Assembly (NCBI GenBank): GCA_048937405.1 | Contig: JBHLNF010000001.1 | Location: forward strand, 880,785-944,784 | Origin: Promethearchaeota archaeon | GTDB taxonomy: Archaea > Asgardarchaeota > Lokiarchaeia > Sigyniarchaeales > SOKP01 | Length of the DNA stretch: 64,000 nucleotides | Reading direction: 5' to 3' | The notes under the pieces: model-generated | The model's database searches: none | What the model was told of the DNA's origin: nothing | The model's input: the letters and a program-made list of their open reading frames with translations, nothing else | In this document: positions 44,534 to 54,621 of the stretch, in pieces | How positions within the stretch are numbered: the stretch's first letter is position 1 | Layout: each line of letters opens with the position of its first letter | Made by a program: the position numbers and the translations under genes

Positions 44534-44770
44534 GCACCCTTAATGATAATGAATTCATTCATATTCTACTATATCTTTTTAATTCAGAAAGTCAAAAAAA
44601 TTTTTCTACGATAGGATTAAACCTTATATTGTTATTTACAAATAAAAAATAATATAAAGAACCAGAATTTTTAATTTATGAATTATTTTCATTAAAATCG
44701 ATTCTTTTCTTCTTTATCCATAAATTCTTGAAGGAAAAATACAACTTTCTTAATATCTTCTAAAAGATTT
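44534..44770 (-). repeat. Third, inverted copy of uvrA promoter plus first ~10 codons
   Basis: 44534-44608 is the exact reverse complement of 41264-41338 (75 bp); weaker similarity continues to ~44770 against ~38187-38345. Confidence 0.9.
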
Positions 44771-45180
44771 TGAGCTCGCTCAAAAAAACTCATTTATACA
44801 ATACTAAATTAATCAGGATCAAGGTTAATATATTTAAAGAAGCCTTTAAAATTATTCAAGGTCGATGGATAATTGAGATTTATGATAAGGAAAAAATTTA
44901 CTAAACTCCAAACTATTGAAAAATCTACTCACGAATTCATTGCTCAAAAACCTGATGATCCTAAACATGCTAAAATATTCTTAAAAAGCATCTTAAATTT
45001 TATATGTTAATTTTTATTGATTTAAGCTGTAACGATGATTCTATATTAGAAGAAAATTAAGATTTAAAAACTTTTATTGAAGACGGTATTATTGAATCAA
45101 AAGGCGATGATTATTTGATCCCCTATGTTCAGAGTTCGTCATATCTAATCCCTTATGTTTTTTTAAGTGAAAACATATCC

Positions 45181-45990
45181 TTAACGTAAAAAACCATGAA
45201 TATTTTCAGAATAATTTAAGAAATTCTTTAAAGTTATTTCAGGATGGTGATAACGAGACCTTCCTTTTGTAGTTTTACCATATTGAATGGCTTCTTGTGG
45301 ACACCAATTCAAGCAGGCCATACATTGTTGACACTTATGATGCCATTGAGGTTTATCATTAATAATCTTTATATTTTGTACAGGACAAACTTTCTCACAA
45401 ATACCACAGTTATTACAGTTCTCTTTAACCCAAAACTTACGATCCATTTTTGGTATTTTTCGATAATTACCTTCTTGTAAAAGGTTCATAATTTTAATGT
45501 TAGCGCTTGAAATTTTTATATTTTTATGATTTTCTATAGTTTTACTAATCTCATTTACTTTTTGTTTTGCATTCTTAAATCTTTCTTTTTGATCTTCTTT
45601 TGATGATGGTTCATAAAGAGGTATATAATTACCAGGCATTAAGATAGCAAAACTTGCATTTAAACATTTTCCTTTTTCTTTAAGAACGTTGTTAATTATG
45701 TCAAACGTAGCTCCTAAGATTCTATGGTAAGTAGCGACAGTATATAGATAATCAATCTGTGTTAGATCAAGTATTTTTATAAAATCAGCTACAACAGGAG
45801 GAAGAGCATGAAAATATACAGGAAAGATGATTCCAGCAGTTTCAATTGGATATTTGATTTTTCCGTTAATTACATTTGGAATTGAGCAAATTAACGTATT
45901 CTTTAATCTCTGAGCAAGTTCTATACTTATTCTCAAAGAATTTCCAGTGCCTGAAAAATAAAAAATCCTATTATTTACCGAGATAGTCAA
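45181..45990 (-). CDS. Flavodoxin-like plus 4Fe-4S ferredoxin protein (EFR1 family)
   Basis: YFSGTGNS, FPVY, MP.NY, two CxxCxxCxxxCP motifs. Confidence 0.9.
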   Translation of the reverse strand: MTISVNNRIFYFSGTGNSLRISIELAQRLKNTLICSIPNVINGKIKYPIETAGIIFPVYFHALPPVVADFIKILDLTQIDYLYTVATYHRILGATFDIINNVLKEKGKCLNASFAILMPGNYIPLYEPSSKEDQKERFKNAKQKVNEISKTIENHKNIKISSANIKIMNLLQEGNYRKIPKMDRKFWVKENCNNCGICEKVCPVQNIKIINDKPQWHHKCQQCMACLNWCPQEAIQYGKTTKGRSRYHHPEITLKNFLNYSENIHGFLR

Positions 45991-46117
45991 TCAATTTCAC
46001 TCTCGTTTATTATTATATTAAAGTTAATATTGAGAATATTTCGTAATTCATATTCCATTTTATTTAAAAGCATACGAATATCAAGCCTGTTTATAAGTTT
46101 AATATCTTAATAAGGCT

Positions 46118-46690
46118 CTAATTTATTTTATTAAAGATAAAGGCATTAAACATGGGATTTTTTTTAATTTGTATTGATAAATGAAAATTTCTTGCGTAAT
46201 CTATAGGATCTACAGCCTCTGGGTGTGTTGGAAATTTCTTTCTTGCTATTTTAATTCTTTTACGAGTAGGTTCGAATATGCAAATAACACCGTTTGGTTT
46301 TATTGTGCGAACACATTCTTTAAACGCTGAAGCACTATCATCCATGTGATGGAGAGCTCCCATAACGAAAATTGCGTCAAATGATTCATCTTCAAAAGGC
46401 ATTTCTTCGGCATTAAATGGCTTAAAAGTTATTAAATGATCAACATTAAAGCTTTTGGCATTTTCTAGCCAATTTTGTTTAGCGTGCTCTGAATTATCAT
46501 TTTCAGGTTCTCCAGTAAGTACTTTAAAATTATTTAAAGCCAATGTAATTGCCATTCTACCTTTTCCCGTCCCTACATCCAAAATTTTTGCGTTCTTATC
46601 TAATTTTAAATCTTGAACGACGGGATTGATAATATCAAAAATAGAACTAAATTCATTCTCTAAAACATCTTTCATTTGTTCTTTTTCCAT
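46118..46690 (-). CDS. Class I SAM-dependent methyltransferase
   Basis: ILDVGTGKG, MPF.DESFD, ALHH motifs. Confidence 0.88.
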   Translation of the reverse strand: MEKEQMKDVLENEFSSIFDIINPVVQDLKLDKNAKILDVGTGKGRMAITLALNNFKVLTGEPENDNSEHAKQNWLENAKSFNVDHLITFKPFNAEEMPFEDESFDAIFVMGALHHMDDSASAFKECVRTIKPNGVICIFEPTRKRIKIARKKFPTHPEAVDPIDYARNFHLSIQIKKNPMFNAFIFNKIN

Positions 46691-46724
46691 TTTTTTCTAC
46701 TTTTTACTTTTCTTTTTCTTCTTT

Positions 46725-46858
46725 ATTTTTTTAAATTTTTATTTAAATTTTTTTAGTTCGATCTCTGATAGTACGAGATCTGATTATAATACATTAAACT
46801 TAATATTTAAAGATTTTGAATCACCTAAACTCGAACTATCTGGAAATAATTATCAATT
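46725..46858 (-). repeat. 134-bp inverted repeat, left arm (promoter/operator of the methyltransferase gene)
   Basis: Reverse complement of 47505-47638 with 2 adjacent mismatches. Confidence 0.95.
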
Positions 46859-46892
46859 CAGATTAAAGATTTAGATTAAAAAATAGCTTAAT

Positions 46893-47366
46893 TTATAAAG
46901 AATCTAAATTATCAAGCAATTTTTTAATTAATATGGATAATTGCTCGATTTCTTCAGGTTTAAAGTCCTTACAACAATTTATCATTAATCTTTCATTTGC
47001 AGGTATTGATTTACAAAGATTCATACCTTTATCTGTCAATTTAACGAATAGACTTCTCCTATCTTCTGGATTTGCTTTACGAATAACTAATCCTTTTTTT
47101 TCCATCGTATCAACAACTGATGTAATGGTTGATCTGGAAGAATAACAAATTTCTGCCAAATTTTTAAATTGAAGTTTACCATGTTTTTCTAGTTGTTCTA
47201 AAATAAAATATTGAGGAATAGTTAATCTAAATTTTCGAACTATTGGTCTTTGTAATTGGTAGAATTTTTTAGCAACTATATCAATTGATTTAAAAATCTC
47301 CTCAATTTTACTTGAGTTAACATTAATATTAGAACTACTAGAATAATGGTTTGAATTTTCATTCAT
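46893..47366 (-). CDS. MarR-family transcriptional regulator
   Basis: LT..QY.IL, T..VD.ME.KGLV.R....EDRR...V.LT..G. Confidence 0.92.
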   Translation of the reverse strand: MNENSNHYSSSSNINVNSSKIEEIFKSIDIVAKKFYQLQRPIVRKFRLTIPQYFILEQLEKHGKLQFKNLAEICYSSRSTITSVVDTMEKKGLVIRKANPEDRRSLFVKLTDKGMNLCKSIPANERLMINCCKDFKPEEIEQLSILIKKLLDNLDSL

Positions 47367-47504
47367 AGGTTATCAATGTAATAATTTTACTTTTAATTAA
47401 TTGTATTCTAATTATCTTATATGGTTTTTATTCTTATTATTTTTCTCTTATAATGAAGAAATTGATTCGAATTTATATACGCACTTATTAAAATTTATCA
47501 ATTT

Positions 47505-47638
47505 AATTGATAATTATTTCTGGATAGTTCGAGTTTAGGTGATTCAAAATCTTTAAATATTAAGTTTAATGTATTATAATCAGATCTCGTACTATCAGAG
47601 ATCGAACTAAAAAAATTTAAATAAAAATTTAAAAAAAT
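47505..47638 (+). repeat. 134-bp inverted repeat, right arm (promoter/operator of the C-GCAxxG-C-C gene)
   Basis: Partner of 46725-46858. Confidence 0.95.
47552..47603 (+). promoter_or_regulatory. Putative TATA box (TTTAAATA) followed by palindrome GATCTC-N9-GAGATC, candidate MarR operator
   Basis: Palindrome at 47583-47603 sits about where an archaeal TSS is expected; duplicated in the left arm. Confidence 0.55.
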
Positions 47639-47659
47639 CAACAAGTACAAGTGTATTAA

Positions 47660-48091
47660 ATGTCAAAAGTAGAACAAGCTGTTTCATGCTTTATGAAAGG
47701 ATTTTCATGTGGGCAAGCAATTCTTTCTACCTATGCAACAGAATTTGGATTAGAACGAGAACTAGCTATAAAGGCGGGTACTGGTTTTGGAGCAGGGATG
47801 GGTAGATTAGGTAAAACTTGCGGAGCAGTGACTAGCGCAATTCTAGTTCTCAGTTTAAAGTATGGAAGCAATAAAATAGATGAAAAAGCAAAAAATGAAA
47901 CATATGGCCAAGTTAAAAGATTCATAAAAAGTTTTATATCTGTTAATGGTTCAATTATTTGTAACGAATTGCTTGATTGCGATATTACCACTTCTGAAGG
48001 TATGAAGAAAGCAATTGATAATAATTTATTTAAAACTATTTGTCCTAATTTCGTGAGATCATCATCTGAAATCCTTGAACAAGTCTTATAA
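47660..48091 (+). CDS. C-GCAxxG-C-C family putative redox-active protein
   Basis: SC.QA, GFGAGMG, TCGAV, later C..C. Confidence 0.88.
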   Translation: MSKVEQAVSCFMKGFSCGQAILSTYATEFGLERELAIKAGTGFGAGMGRLGKTCGAVTSAILVLSLKYGSNKIDEKAKNETYGQVKRFIKSFISVNGSIICNELLDCDITTSEGMKKAIDNNLFKTICPNFVRSSSEILEQVL

Positions 48092-48324
48092 GAATATAAT
48101 AGTCTGTTTCACATTAAGAAATTTTGGTTAATTTTATAAATGAAAGATAAATTAACTGAAATTCATAAAACTGTTTTTATTTTACTTAAATAATATTTAC
48201 TTTTTAAATAAATAATTGATTGTCATTTTGGTTTCGAATCCCTCAAACTCGTGATAACTAAAAGAAATTAATTCGTGTTATACTTTATGTCCTCAATATT
48301 CTTTTTACAGTTTCTAATGTTTGG

Positions 48325-48579
48325 TAGTAGATAAAGGTAATACTGTAATTGTTATTGAACATAATATGGATGTTGTAAAATCTATCGATTATATTATTGA
48401 TCATGGTCCTGAAGGTGGTGAAAAAGGAGGTCATGTTGTAGCTCAAGGTACTCCTAAAGCAATAATTACAAACAATAAATCCTATACTGCTCAATATCTT
48501 AAACCGTATCTCAACACCAAATGATTAAATACTATTCCTAAAAATTTTCTTAAGGCTTTAAACAAAATTCTAAACCTAT
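48325..48579 (+). pseudogene. uvrA: Duplicated uvrA 3' end plus ~55 bp downstream (direct repeat of 43981-44235)
   Basis: 255-bp collinear match, about 10 substitutions in the coding part, mostly non-synonymous (e.g. DLGP to DHGP). Confidence 0.95.
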
Positions 48580-48685
48580 GGTAATTTAATTTTGGTTAAT
48601 ATTTCTCAAAATTAGAAGTCCTTCTATATTTTTAACACATAAATACGATATAAATATATGAAATTATTATTCAAATAATTTAATC

Positions 48686-50116
48686 ATGTCAAATAGAAAA
48701 AATATATATTGTACTATGGAAAAAAATTTTGAAAATAATAAGAAATGCAAAATAAACAGCATTACAAGATATAAAATTCAGTATGATAAATTAAAGACTA
48801 ATAATACTTTACAATTCATTGAAGATTTACTTATTGAGCTTCAAAAAAATCCTGAATTATTAGCAGATATCTTTCCAGAACGAGTAAAAAAATTTACGGA
48901 TAGAGCACTCTCTCGATTTTGGAATCGTCATGAAAGGTTTATTGATAAGTTGAAATTAAAAATAAAAAAATTCAACTCTGATAATAGTTTCACTTTTAAA
49001 GATCTAAATTATCTTAAAAATAAATATATCAATGATTTTAATGATAAAGCTCATGATTGTATGAGAATGATTAATAGTTATCAAAATAATGAAATAAATA
49101 CTCTTGAGTTTATTGAGCAATTTAAAATTGAATTAGGAAAAATTTCAGGCAAAATTGAAATATCTAAACAAGAATTGAGTATTTTATTTGGACATTACCC
49201 TGGATTTATATCAGAGATTATGTCAAAAATTAAAAAATCACATATTCAAAAGAGTTATCCTAATTATAAATTTTCTTTAGAAAATTTAAAAGATTTGGAG
49301 GAGAATCTCATCGAAATATCACATCCTTCTTTAAACAGATTTTTAAAACTAATCAATAAGTATAGAAGTCTTAATTCTAATTTAAAAGAATATTCAAAGC
49401 AACAATATACAATAAAAAATCCAAATTTATTTTCAGAAATCATTTTGTTATCTACTGCTTATTGGTATGGATTTCTTTGTGCTGATGGTTGGATTAGTAA
49501 AATTTGTGAAAATAAATATAGAATTGGATTTAAACTTGCTAAAAAAGATCGAGACCGAATTAATTCATTTGCTGATTATGTAGGTTTTAAACGAAACCGA
49601 ATAAGAGAAGTCTATCAATTTAGGAAGAATAATGAAGGTGAGATTAAATTATATGAAAGTCTTAGTATTGAATTTTGTTGTAAACCTATGTATAAAGATC
49701 TAATAGAACATGGTTTCGATGATTTTAAATCCAATAGAGAAGGTGTTCCAAAATTTGTGAAAAAAGCTATCAAACAAGCAAAAGAAGAAGTATTTAGTAC
49801 TAATCTTCATTGGTCTCAATCATTTGAGGGCAAAATAGCTTTTGCTTGGCTTCTTGGTTTTTATGATGGTGATGGTCGATATCGAGGAGGTTATTGTGCT
49901 GAACTATATTCTTCTAATAAAAAATTATTAGAAGAAATCAAGGAATTTTTTGAATGTCCAAATGAAGTAAGATTTTTAAGGGAACCAGGTGAAATCAAAT
50001 TAATTTTTAATAAAGAAACAATTTGTGAAGGTTATTATATTTTAACAACTGGTTCTGAGATATTTAAGTGTATGTTATTAAGTTATAGTAATAGTATGCA
50101 ACGAAAACGACCCTAA
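48686..50116 (+). CDS. Free-standing double-motif LAGLIDADG endonuclease with ~240-aa N-terminal extension
   Basis: AYWYGFLCADGWI and AWLLGFYDGDG motifs; no intein splicing motifs seen. Confidence 0.88.
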   Translation: MSNRKNIYCTMEKNFENNKKCKINSITRYKIQYDKLKTNNTLQFIEDLLIELQKNPELLADIFPERVKKFTDRALSRFWNRHERFIDKLKLKIKKFNSDNSFTFKDLNYLKNKYINDFNDKAHDCMRMINSYQNNEINTLEFIEQFKIELGKISGKIEISKQELSILFGHYPGFISEIMSKIKKSHIQKSYPNYKFSLENLKDLEENLIEISHPSLNRFLKLINKYRSLNSNLKEYSKQQYTIKNPNLFSEIILLSTAYWYGFLCADGWISKICENKYRIGFKLAKKDRDRINSFADYVGFKRNRIREVYQFRKNNEGEIKLYESLSIEFCCKPMYKDLIEHGFDDFKSNREGVPKFVKKAIKQAKEEVFSTNLHWSQSFEGKIAFAWLLGFYDGDGRYRGGYCAELYSSNKKLLEEIKEFFECPNEVRFLREPGEIKLIFNKETICEGYYILTTGSEIFKCMLLSYSNSMQRKRP

Positions 50117-50241
50117 CTTTTAACTTTTATATATTCCATTAACTTTTATTACAATAACATTGTTAAAATCAAAATACTTTTATTATTAGTGCAATATTAG
50201 TTTTAATTTTATAATAATTAACAAAAAAGTTTTGTGATAAA

Positions 50242-52044
50242 TTGATTGAACAAAAAAAAGTAATTAGAGCACCAATAGTATGTATTTTAGGACATATAGA
50301 TCATGGTAAGACTACAATATTAGATTATATCAGAGGGACAGTTGTCCAGCAACGAGAAGCTGCAGGAATTACTCAACATATTGGTGCATCTTATTTTCCA
50401 ACAGAAGATATCAAAGAATTTCTAAGAAAATCTAAACAAGAATTTGCTGATAAAGAAATTAAACTTCCAGGAATATTGGTTGTTGATACACCTGGACATG
50501 CTGCATTTCTAAATCTCCGAAGACGAGGTGGTGCTGTTGCTGATATAGCGATTCTTGTTATAGATATAACTGCGGGTACTATGCCAATTACTTGGGAATC
50601 TGTACGGATTTTAAGAGAAAGAAAAACACCTTTTGTTATTGCTGCCAATAAAATAGATAGATTATCTGGATGGAAATCAAAAAAGGATGCTGATTTTCTC
50701 GATTCCTATAATTCTCAAAAACCACACGTAAAAGATTTCTTAGATGAGAAAATTCTAGGTATTGTTGGTAATTTCTTAGAGGAGGGATTTAAGGGTATAG
50801 ATCGCTATGATAAAATAAAAGATTTTACAAAGAAAATAGCGATTGTACCAACAAGTGGTAAAACTGGAGAGGGTATCTCAACACTTTTAATGATTTTAAT
50901 GGGATTGGTTCAACAATATCTAACAATAAATCTTCAATTTTCAGAAGGATCAGCTAAAGGCGTAGTATTAGAAGTTAAAAAAGAGAAAGGTCAAGGAAAA
51001 ACAATGGATGTTCTTATTTATGATGGTATTATTAATAAAGGAGATGAATTTATTGTTGGAGGATTAGAAAAACCGATTAAATCTAAAGTAAGAGCTTTAT
51101 TAACTCCAAAACCTCTGGATGAAATTCGGGATCCAAGACAAAAATTTGATTCTGTTGATTTTATTAGTGCAGCAGCCGGTATTAAAATCCTCTCTCCAAA
51201 TATAGATGACGTCGTGGCAGGTTCCCCATTTAGAGGTATTAAAGATCCTTCTGAAGAAGAAACTATATATAAAGAAATTGAATCAGAAGTTGAAAGTATT
51301 AGGATAAAAACTGATAAAGCAGGGGTAGTTTTAAAAGCAGATACTTTAGGTTCATTAGAGGCATTGGAAAATCATTTTACAAAAAATGGAGTGAAAATAA
51401 GTATTGCGGACGTAGGACCAATTAAAAAAGAAGATGTTATAAATGCAAATATAGTTAAACAATTAGATCCTTATTCTGCTACAGTCTTAGGATTTAATGT
51501 ACAAATATTACCTGAAGCTAATGAACAATCTATTAAAGATAATATTCGAATTTTTACAAATAATGTTATTTATCGTTTATTAGAAGAATACATCGAGTAT
51601 GCAGAGATAAGAAAAGCAAAAGATACTGCTAAAGGTTTAAGTGAGCTTGTATTACCTGCTAAAATTAAAATGTTTCCTGAATTCATATTTCGAAATTCAG
51701 ATCCTGCGGTTTTTGGGGTATCTGTTGAAGCTGGGACTTTATATCCAAAAGTACAATTAATTACTGATAAAGGTAAACGTGTTAGAAGGATTCATCAAAT
51801 TCAAGATAAAGGACAAACACTCGAAAAAGCTCCTAAGGATTCAGAAGTGGCTATTTCTATTCGAGGTATTGAAATAGGTCGAGATCTTGAAAAAGATGAA
51901 ACTTTATATGTTTACATCCCAGAATCTCATGTTCGGCAACTTATGGGAAAATTTATTGATGAATTAACTACAGATCAAAAACAAGCTTTGAGAGAATTTG
52001 TCATTTTAATGCGTAAGGTAAATCACCCATGGTGGGGGATGTAA
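50242..52044 (+). CDS. infB: Translation initiation factor aIF5B (IF-2), no intein
   Basis: [37 protein letters not shown]; TTG start. Confidence 0.97.
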   Translation: MIEQKKVIRAPIVCILGHIDHGKTTILDYIRGTVVQQREAAGITQHIGASYFPTEDIKEFLRKSKQEFADKEIKLPGILVVDTPGHAAFLNLRRRGGAVADIAILVIDITAGTMPITWESVRILRERKTPFVIAANKIDRLSGWKSKKDADFLDSYNSQKPHVKDFLDEKILGIVGNFLEEGFKGIDRYDKIKDFTKKIAIVPTSGKTGEGISTLLMILMGLVQQYLTINLQFSEGSAKGVVLEVKKEKGQGKTMDVLIYDGIINKGDEFIVGGLEKPIKSKVRALLTPKPLDEIRDPRQKFDSVDFISAAAGIKILSPNIDDVVAGSPFRGIKDPSEEETIYKEIESEVESIRIKTDKAGVVLKADTLGSLEALENHFTKNGVKISIADVGPIKKEDVINANIVKQLDPYSATVLGFNVQILPEANEQSIKDNIRIFTNNVIYRLLEEYIEYAEIRKAKDTAKGLSELVLPAKIKMFPEFIFRNSDPAVFGVSVEAGTLYPKVQLITDKGKRVRRIHQIQDKGQTLEKAPKDSEVAISIRGIEIGRDLEKDETLYVYIPESHVRQLMGKFIDELTTDQKQALREFVILMRKVNHPWWGM

Positions 52045-52052
52045 TTAATTAA

Positions 52053-53510
52053 ATGCCCTCTATTAATGAGATTTTTAATGAAATTCTCATTGAAATAATT
52101 CCTACACGAAAAGAAATAGTTTTTATAGAGAATGTTATAAAAAAATTATATAATTTATTGTCTAAGAAAGCAGAAGAATTAAATATACATTATACAAAAA
52201 TAGAACCACAGGGTTCAACTGGTATCAAGCAAACACAATTAAAAAATGATTTTGACATTGATCTTTTTATAGGTTTAGATTATGACCAATTTAAACCTAA
52301 ATATCAAGGATTAAGTAAAAGTAAACTTAAAAAAGATTCTAAAAAAGATTTTTTAGCATTATGTAATAATTGGATTCTTCCAAGCTTAACTTTAAATGAA
52401 TTTAAGAAGCCACGCTTATTATATGCTGAACATCCATATGTTACAGTTGATTACCTTTTAGATGATATAAAAGTAAAAATTGATATAGTTTTATATTTTG
52501 ATTTAGATTTAGATTTTATTAAAAGGAATGGACCTATTACTGCTGTCGATAGATCACCCTGGCATGGCTGTTTTGTAAGAGATGAATTAACTTATGAACA
52601 AAAAAATGATGTTAGACTTTTAAAGCAATTCTTTAAATCCTGCTATAGTTATGGTGATAAAAGCGCAATAGGAAAAGTTGGTTTTATTGGTTATAGTGCT
52701 GAATTATTAATTTATTATTTTAATAATATAATAAATCTTTTCAGAAATTTTCATAAGTTAGATAAGTTAGTACTTGATTTCTATAAGAGAAATGAAGAAG
52801 AATTAAATAAAATTATCCATTTTCAGAAAGATTATCTTATCATTATAGACCCAATTGACAAAAATCGAAATGTTGCTTCAGCAATTTCCAAAAGAGCTTA
52901 TAAATATTGTAATCAAAAAGTAAGTGAATTCCTGAAAAATCCAAGTTCAGACTTTTTTAAGATTAAACCAATTACAGAAGTAGATTTATCAAATAAAGAT
53001 GATTCCCTCTTATCAAAAATTTATATTATCGAATTACAGAATACTAACTTTAAAGTCCATTATACTATTAATAGAGATAAGTTATATTCCTTAGGAGACA
53101 CTATAAAAGCTAATGGAGAACAAGAATTTTCTCACGTTGAACGTTTTGGTAAAATTATATTTGAAGTCTATTTCGAAGATGAGAAGGATGAATATAATAT
53201 AGCTATTTTTTGTGATAATCCTAATATTTCTGAATTTTATATTAGAAAAGGACCTCCAATTACAGAAGAAAGGCATGTTATCAATTTTAAAAAAAAAAAT
53301 CTGAATTATTTTGAGAAGGAGGGTTATTTATGGGTAAAAACTAAAAGAGATTTCAGTGATTTCTCTGAATTTTTAAAAGAAATTATTACTAATAAAATTC
53401 CTGATAATTTAAAAATTGTAAATTTATCATCTGCTTTTAATACTATAACTTCTTCAGGAAAGAAAGCAATAAACATCTTGAAAAAAATAGTTTTACCTTT
53501 CTATATTTAA
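52053..53510 (+). CDS. cca: Archaeal (class I) CCA-adding enzyme
   Basis: GS....T.L..D.DIDLF, YAEHPYV, TAVDRSPWH, GF.GY..ELL, DPID..RNVASA, GPP. Confidence 0.92.
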   Translation: MPSINEIFNEILIEIIPTRKEIVFIENVIKKLYNLLSKKAEELNIHYTKIEPQGSTGIKQTQLKNDFDIDLFIGLDYDQFKPKYQGLSKSKLKKDSKKDFLALCNNWILPSLTLNEFKKPRLLYAEHPYVTVDYLLDDIKVKIDIVLYFDLDLDFIKRNGPITAVDRSPWHGCFVRDELTYEQKNDVRLLKQFFKSCYSYGDKSAIGKVGFIGYSAELLIYYFNNIINLFRNFHKLDKLVLDFYKRNEEELNKIIHFQKDYLIIIDPIDKNRNVASAISKRAYKYCNQKVSEFLKNPSSDFFKIKPITEVDLSNKDDSLLSKIYIIELQNTNFKVHYTINRDKLYSLGDTIKANGEQEFSHVERFGKIIFEVYFEDEKDEYNIAIFCDNPNISEFYIRKGPPITEERHVINFKKKNLNYFEKEGYLWVKTKRDFSDFSEFLKEIITNKIPDNLKIVNLSSAFNTITSSGKKAINILKKIVLPFYI

Positions 53511-53539
53511 TCTTGAAAAGGTCAATTTATATCAATTTT

Positions 53540-54490
53540 TTATTTTTTGATTTTTAATTTAAATTTCTGAAGGGTCATCATTAAAGCAATTCCAATTAGT
53601 GTAAATAACAAGAAATACTTCCCAAAGGAAATTGTATCATCTTTAAAACCCATCATGATATCATAACTTAAGGAAATATAATCTTCATAAATTCTTACAT
53701 TGTTCCATTCCCATAAATAACTTTTTCCACCTTTGATATTTGAAATTGTACAGTTTTTACCATAAGCACCATCTGATCCACTGCGCCAACAATTGAAATG
53801 ATCAGGTTGATATCCTTTAACTCTAAATTCAACAGATTCTGTTATATTCCCAAACCATGTCCGAGCTGTACCCACTTGATATATAAATTCTATCGCATAA
53901 TAAGAAGATCCTAATATTGGTGGAGTTGCTATATGAGTATTAAAATTGTATTCCAACACTAAATTACTATTCTCTGGAAGTGTAATGTTGCATAAAAAAC
54001 AAAACATAAAATTATAAGAATCTTCTCGATAACTTTTAGGAAAATAACAAATCTCATATGGAATAATAGTATTGTTAATTTTGATGGTAGAATTAAAAAT
54101 CAAACTAGGTATTTCTAGAGGTGTAATTTCATAATAAGATCCACCTGCTTCATCCATAAGATCATCTAAAGTATGATAATCTATTCCCAGCATGTTTATG
54201 GGAAATGGGGCTAAAATAGTCACATTCTTGTTATTGTTAGGATTAAATATTGTATAATTACCCTTGAAATGCAGATTAATATAACTATTGGGCTTAATAG
54301 CATCAATTTCAACTAAAACGTTTGCATATGGCATTGAATATGTATTATTATCTGTCATTAAAATACCTCCATATCCAGTTATATAAGGTGAATATGGATT
54401 TGCAAGGCATTCTTTAGTATATTGGGTATTACAGCATATAATAAGAAATGATACTATCAATAAACAACTGCGTATTTTGCTTGATTTCAT
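53540..54490 (-). CDS. Secreted/membrane-anchored hypothetical protein
   Basis: N-terminal signal-like segment, Y..GTA.TW.G.I motif, C-terminal TM. Confidence 0.6.
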   Translation of the reverse strand: MKSSKIRSCLLIVSFLIICCNTQYTKECLANPYSPYITGYGGILMTDNNTYSMPYANVLVEIDAIKPNSYINLHFKGNYTIFNPNNNKNVTILAPFPINMLGIDYHTLDDLMDEAGGSYYEITPLEIPSLIFNSTIKINNTIIPYEICYFPKSYREDSYNFMFCFLCNITLPENSNLVLEYNFNTHIATPPILGSSYYAIEFIYQVGTARTWFGNITESVEFRVKGYQPDHFNCWRSGSDGAYGKNCTISNIKGGKSYLWEWNNVRIYEDYISLSYDIMMGFKDDTISFGKYFLLFTLIGIALMMTLQKFKLKIKK

Positions 54491-54621
54491 CTCTTCAATA
54501 AATACTATGTATTATTTTTATTTAAGTCTTTTTGCGAACTTTTTTGACTAAAAGAAGCTTTCTATTATATTCTTTGCTTTTTTTAAAAAATAATAATATT
54601 TTATTTTTCTAAATCTTAAAT

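Noticed and set aside
44790-45180. Possible decayed ORF (FKEAFKIIQGRWIIEI, HxlR-like start)
   Set aside because: Multiple stops and too short to assign without a search.
48321-48524. 67-aa ORF as an independent gene
   Set aside because: It is the duplicated, decaying uvrA C-terminus.
48686-50116. LAGLIDADG ORF as an intein or intron-encoded protein
   Set aside because: It has its own start and stop, no Cys/Ser start or His-Asn end, and does not interrupt a host reading frame.
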